A stretch of 41,889 bases of DNA, taken from positions 1-41,889 of IMG/VR virus record IMGVR_UViG_3300005764_000007; one strand, given 5' to 3'. This DNA comes from a virus. Positions 40,481 through 41,889 of the stretch are shown here, one piece after another. The number at the start of each line of letters is the position of its first letter. Positions within the stretch are counted from its first letter, which is position 1. The notes under the pieces are model-generated. The model saw nothing but the letters and a program-made list of their open reading frames with translations, made no database searches and had not been told where the DNA came from. The position numbers were made by a program, and so were the translations under genes.

Positions 40481-41889
40481 ATGCGCTGATCTACATTAAC
40501 GGCAATGACGTAACCAACGCGTGCCGCTTACAGGATACGCGCATCAATTACGACAGTTCGAAGCGCATCACTACCGCGCAGATTACGGTGATGGGCCGCA
40601 CGCTGGGACGTGAAGCGCGCTATGACTACGCGCACTATGACGAAGATTCGTACTCCATAGCGCTGCGCGAGCTCTATCAGGTCACGATATTCGACGGGCG
40701 CGACGGCGTGACGAAACTCTTCGACGGGCAAATCACCGCGCTGGACATGGAGCAAAGCGACGGACCGACGTTCGAAGTCTTCTACAAAGTCAGCATGAAT
40801 GATTGGGCCGCATGGCTGGATCGCGCCGTGTGCTGGGATTCGGGCTTCATGCTGCCGCTGCCCTCCAGCGATCAGAACATCATCGCCGCGCTGCTATCGA
40901 ACTTCTGCCCGAAAGTGCATCTCAACCCAGATAACATCGCGGAGCTAGTGCCCGTCATCGAGTCCTTCGACTGGCTAACGAAGACGTGTCGTCAGGTGCT
41001 CGATGACGTATGCACGCTGAGCATGGGCGAGTGGCGCATAGACTTTGACGCGAATCTGTACTACGGCCCTGCGAGCGCTGCGCGGCCCGCGCCCTACAAT
41101 CTCTCGACAAGCCCGGACTATGTGAGCACGTTTCCGGTGCGCGTCGAAGGCTATCGCCATGACTTCAGCAACCCCATCAATCATGCATACGTGCGCGGCG
41201 CGGTCGATCCTGCGAGCGGCATCTGGGTCACTGCGAACTATTCCGATCCCGTCAGCGTCGCAACGTACGGCGAGTATTCGAGCGCGGTGGTCGATCAGCA
41301 GATAACAACGGGCTGGGACGCAGCGCTGCGCGCGAAGAGCATGGTGTTGCAGAATGCGTACCCCACGGAGCAAGGCAACTTCACGGTGTGGACAGACGAC
41401 CTCCAGTGCGGAATGCAAGTGCATATCACGGAGGAGAATCTAGGCATTGACGGCGATTACACGATCCGCGCGCTATCGCTTCAGTGGGAAGACAATCACA
41501 CCGTCCGCTATGAGGCGCAGTTTGGCGCGGCGCAGCCCGATCTCGAAACCGTGCTGCGTCTGCTCCAGCTACGCGCGCGCTGGCAGAGCTCGACGCAAAG
41601 CGTAGGCTCACCCGCTCCGGGCAGCGTCACTGACGCGAGCATTGCGGCTGGAGGCTTGCACGCCGAGAGCATCTCGACAGTAAACGCCAACACGATCATG
41701 GGCGCTATTCAGGCGTCGCAGATCGCGACTGTGAACGCGGGCGCTATCGTGGGCGCGATCACTTCGGATCAGATCGCGGGCGTCAAGGCCAACACGATTC
41801 AAGGCGCGATTGTCGCGGGTCAGATCGGCTCCGTATCAGCTACGACCATTCAGGGTGTTGTCGTCTCCTCGCAGTTAGCGGACGGCATC
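40477..41889 (+). CDS. Tail-tip / host-specificity protein, 5' part. The ORF has no stop before the window end and continues through the junction to 1329, giving about 873 aa on the circular map
   Basis: The GTG at 40477 overlaps the tape measure stop (GTGA). My translation (VNALIYINGNDVTNACRLQDTRINYDSSKRITTAQITVMG...) has no stop to 41889 and is in frame with ORF 130..1329. Confidence 0.85.
   Translation, partial: MNALIYINGNDVTNACRLQDTRINYDSSKRITTAQITVMGRTLGREARYDYAHYDEDSYSIALRELYQVTIFDGRDGVTKLFDGQITALDMEQSDGPTFEVFYKVSMNDWAAWLDRAVCWDSGFMLPLPSSDQNIIAALLSNFCPKVHLNPDNIAELVPVIESFDWLTKTCRQVLDDVCTLSMGEWRIDFDANLYYGPASAARPAPYNLSTSPDYVSTFPVRVEGYRHDFSNPINHAYVRGAVDPASGIWVTANYSDPVSVATYGEYSSAVVDQQITTGWDAALRAKSMVLQNAYPTEQGNFTVWTDDLQCGMQVHITEENLGIDGDYTIRALSLQWEDNHTVRYEAQFGAAQPDLETVLRLLQLRARWQSSTQSVGSPAPGSVTDASIAAGGLHAESISTVNANTIMGAIQASQIATVNAGAIVGAITSDQIAGVKANTIQGAIVAGQIGSVSATTIQGVVVSSQLADGI
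41659..41889 (+). repeat. In-frame tandem 17-residue repeats, block 1 (QASQIATVNAGAIVGAI / TSDQIAGVKANTIQGAI / VAGQIGSVSATTIQGVV)
   Basis: Read from my translation of the 3' end of the window. The periodicity and consensus match block 2 (325-672). Confidence 0.8.
41770..41889. repeat. Terminal direct repeat, copy 2 (identical to 1..120)
   Basis: Exact 120-nt identity with the window start. Confidence 0.95.

Noticed and set aside
1-41889. Alternative genetic code or stop-codon reassignment
   Set aside because: All recognisable genes are full length with standard stops and tight stop/start coupling. No in-frame TAG, TGA or TAA interrupts conserved domains.

Overview
This window is a complete, circularly closed phage genome. 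Bases 1-120 are repeated exactly at 41770-41889, so the unique length is about 41,769 bp. It is a GC-rich temperate tailed phage with siphovirus-type tail genes and an HK97-type packaging/head module. Coding is dense and lies on the + strand except for one repressor-like gene, with many 4-nt ATGA (or TAATG) stop/start overlaps. Layout: (1) tail-tip and fibre genes from 40477 across the window junction to 4635, then two unknown ORFs. (2) A divergent pair of ribbon-helix-helix regulators around a 470-bp AT-richer switch region (5428-6465). (3) Early genes: YqaJ-type exonuclease plus RecT-like annealase, a PD-(D/E)XK nuclease, two tandem ParB-fold proteins and a DUF3102-like protein. (4) A large serine integrase (15455-17182) followed by a perfect hairpin. 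(5) A compact C5-cytosine methyltransferase, a VRR-NUC nuclease and a replication organiser containing phased 11-bp iterons. (6) A run of small unknown genes including a lipoprotein, ending in tandem terminators at about 24.4 kb. (7) Late genes: HNH endonuclease, ParB-methyltransferase fusion, TerS, TerL, portal, prohead protease, major capsid, connector proteins, Ig-like proteins, major tail protein, G/G-T chaperones with a CCCAAAC -1 slippery site, and a 1259-aa tape measure. I saw no rRNA, tRNA or CRISPR array. The most unusual signals are: (i) selective hexamer usage, with GAGCTC about 5-fold enriched while CAGCTG, CTGCAG, CTCGAG and GAGCTG/CAGCTC look purged through synonymous codon-pair choice; (ii) no recognisable lysis cassette; (iii) three ParB-fold proteins plus two methyltransferases; (iv) a single ~873-aa tail-tip ORF carrying 17-residue repeats; (v) many tiny Cys4 zinc-ribbon ORFs, several shorter than the 60-aa ORF-track cut-off. 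All functional calls come from reading motifs by eye; no database search was possible.
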